Origin: Phoronis australis
Taxonomy: Eukaryota > Animalia > Phoronida
Direction: 5' to 3'
Length of the DNA: 64,000 bases
Assembly (NCBI GenBank): GCA_002633005.1
Contig: NMRA01000176.1
Location: forward strand, 580,901 to 644,900
Both the position numbers and the translations under genes were made by a program. This document shows, piece by piece, positions 62,881-64,000 of this stretch. Position 1 is the first letter of the stretch; every line of letters begins with the position of its first letter. The notes below the pieces were generated by a model. That model was not told the origin of the DNA. It did no database searches and saw only the letters and a program-made list of their open reading frames with translations.

Positions 62881-64000
62881 GTAACAATATTTTGAAAGCA
62901 CACGCAGGGTAAAGTCTCACAAATTTCCGATAAAAACGATTGCCATAATTGGTATTTTTTCATTTTTCAAAAGCTTATAACATTGTCGTGAATTCTCACT
63001 GTTTCTCAGACTCTTTATCAGATGGTACTTATGGTACAGATCTTCAGATGTGATGTCGCATTTATTTGGTATTGCTACATAACAAAATGAGAAAGATAGG
63101 TTTCACTTGTTGGCCATATCATGTCCTAAATTGGTGAGGTTTTACTGTATATATGATACACAGATAATCAACACATCAGATCAGTTATTAGGGCTGGCTA
63201 CAGTTCATGGAAATATAGTAGGCCACTGAGCTTAGTGAGCTATAAGGAGCACCAATCTCTCACAGAAATCCTGTGGGGTATTGGAAATGTTTAGACTTCA
63301 AGGCACATCCTGAATAGAAATTTTAAAGCCACATGCAACGTCACTGTTGTTTTGGTCCCTATTTTGGACTGGATTCCTATTATTTAGATTTTAAACTTTG
63401 TGATTCCGCCTTGACCTAATAAACACTGCATGGGACTTTACATTCCCGACTTGAAATGATTACAAGTCACGTGACACAACTGGAGGTGTGAGAGTGGCTT
63501 GTAATATTTCTTTGAATACCGTAAGTGTAGTGTATTTTGTAATAATGGGCTGTTTAAGGGCACCAAATTGAGTTACTGTCTTGAGCTAATGATGAATTAG
63601 CCATACACTCAGCATTGTGCAGATAAGCCAAAAGACTAGGCCAAAACATGTCGGGTACTTTTTGTGAAAGCAGGGACACAGTGTTGATTGTTTGCATGCC
63701 TCTGATGATGTCATGCTTAGTGGTGTTGTGTGGATCTTGTACGCCTTCGGCCGAGTGACATTATTAGCAACTAGATGACGAGTTTTTCTATGTCCACCAA
63801 TATATTCTGATAGTTTTGTCAGTAATTTCAACGGAAAGGAACTTCAATCTGTTTTTTACACTTTTTTCTTTGTGCAATATGTAGTTGGTGGTTCAAGTTA
63901 CTTAGTGCTGTGTGAGTGCTCTTTTTCTTTAACAATGTGCCTTCAGTTTTGTAAAAATGCCACTACATTATGTCGCCATGACAACTGGTAATCGGTGACA

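Overview
This is AT-rich animal genomic DNA from an intron-rich invertebrate, plausibly a marine deuterostome, assembled as a draft with N gaps and uncollapsed haplotypes. It is not prokaryotic, and almost all short ORFs in the supplied track are noise. By manual splicing and translation I find three main coding features. (1) A complete minus-strand hyccin/FAM126 gene with 11 coding exons from 50258 down to 3426, all GT-AG and phase-consistent, 1503 nt = 500 aa + stop. (2) The first three coding exons of a plus-strand mitochondrial ribosomal protein L10 gene (MRPL10), starting at 56789 and arranged head-to-head with hyccin. (3) A Mag-clade-like Ty3/Gypsy LTR retrotransposon (5' LTR, tRNA-Leu PBS, open gag-protease-RT) cut by a contig break and followed directly by the empty-site sequence. 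The introns hold many non-autonomous DNA transposons: two Kolobok-like THAP relics, a CAC-ended element with a 5-bp TSD, pogo-like and EnSpm-like MITEs, long-TIR foldback elements, and two Helentron-type (HINE) elements whose internal satellite carries regularly spaced CTCF-consensus motifs. I found no clearly new protein-coding system. The most unusual signals are non-coding: the CTCF-motif array, the apparent insertion polymorphism and the promoter architecture. Family assignments come from recalled motifs, not database searches.
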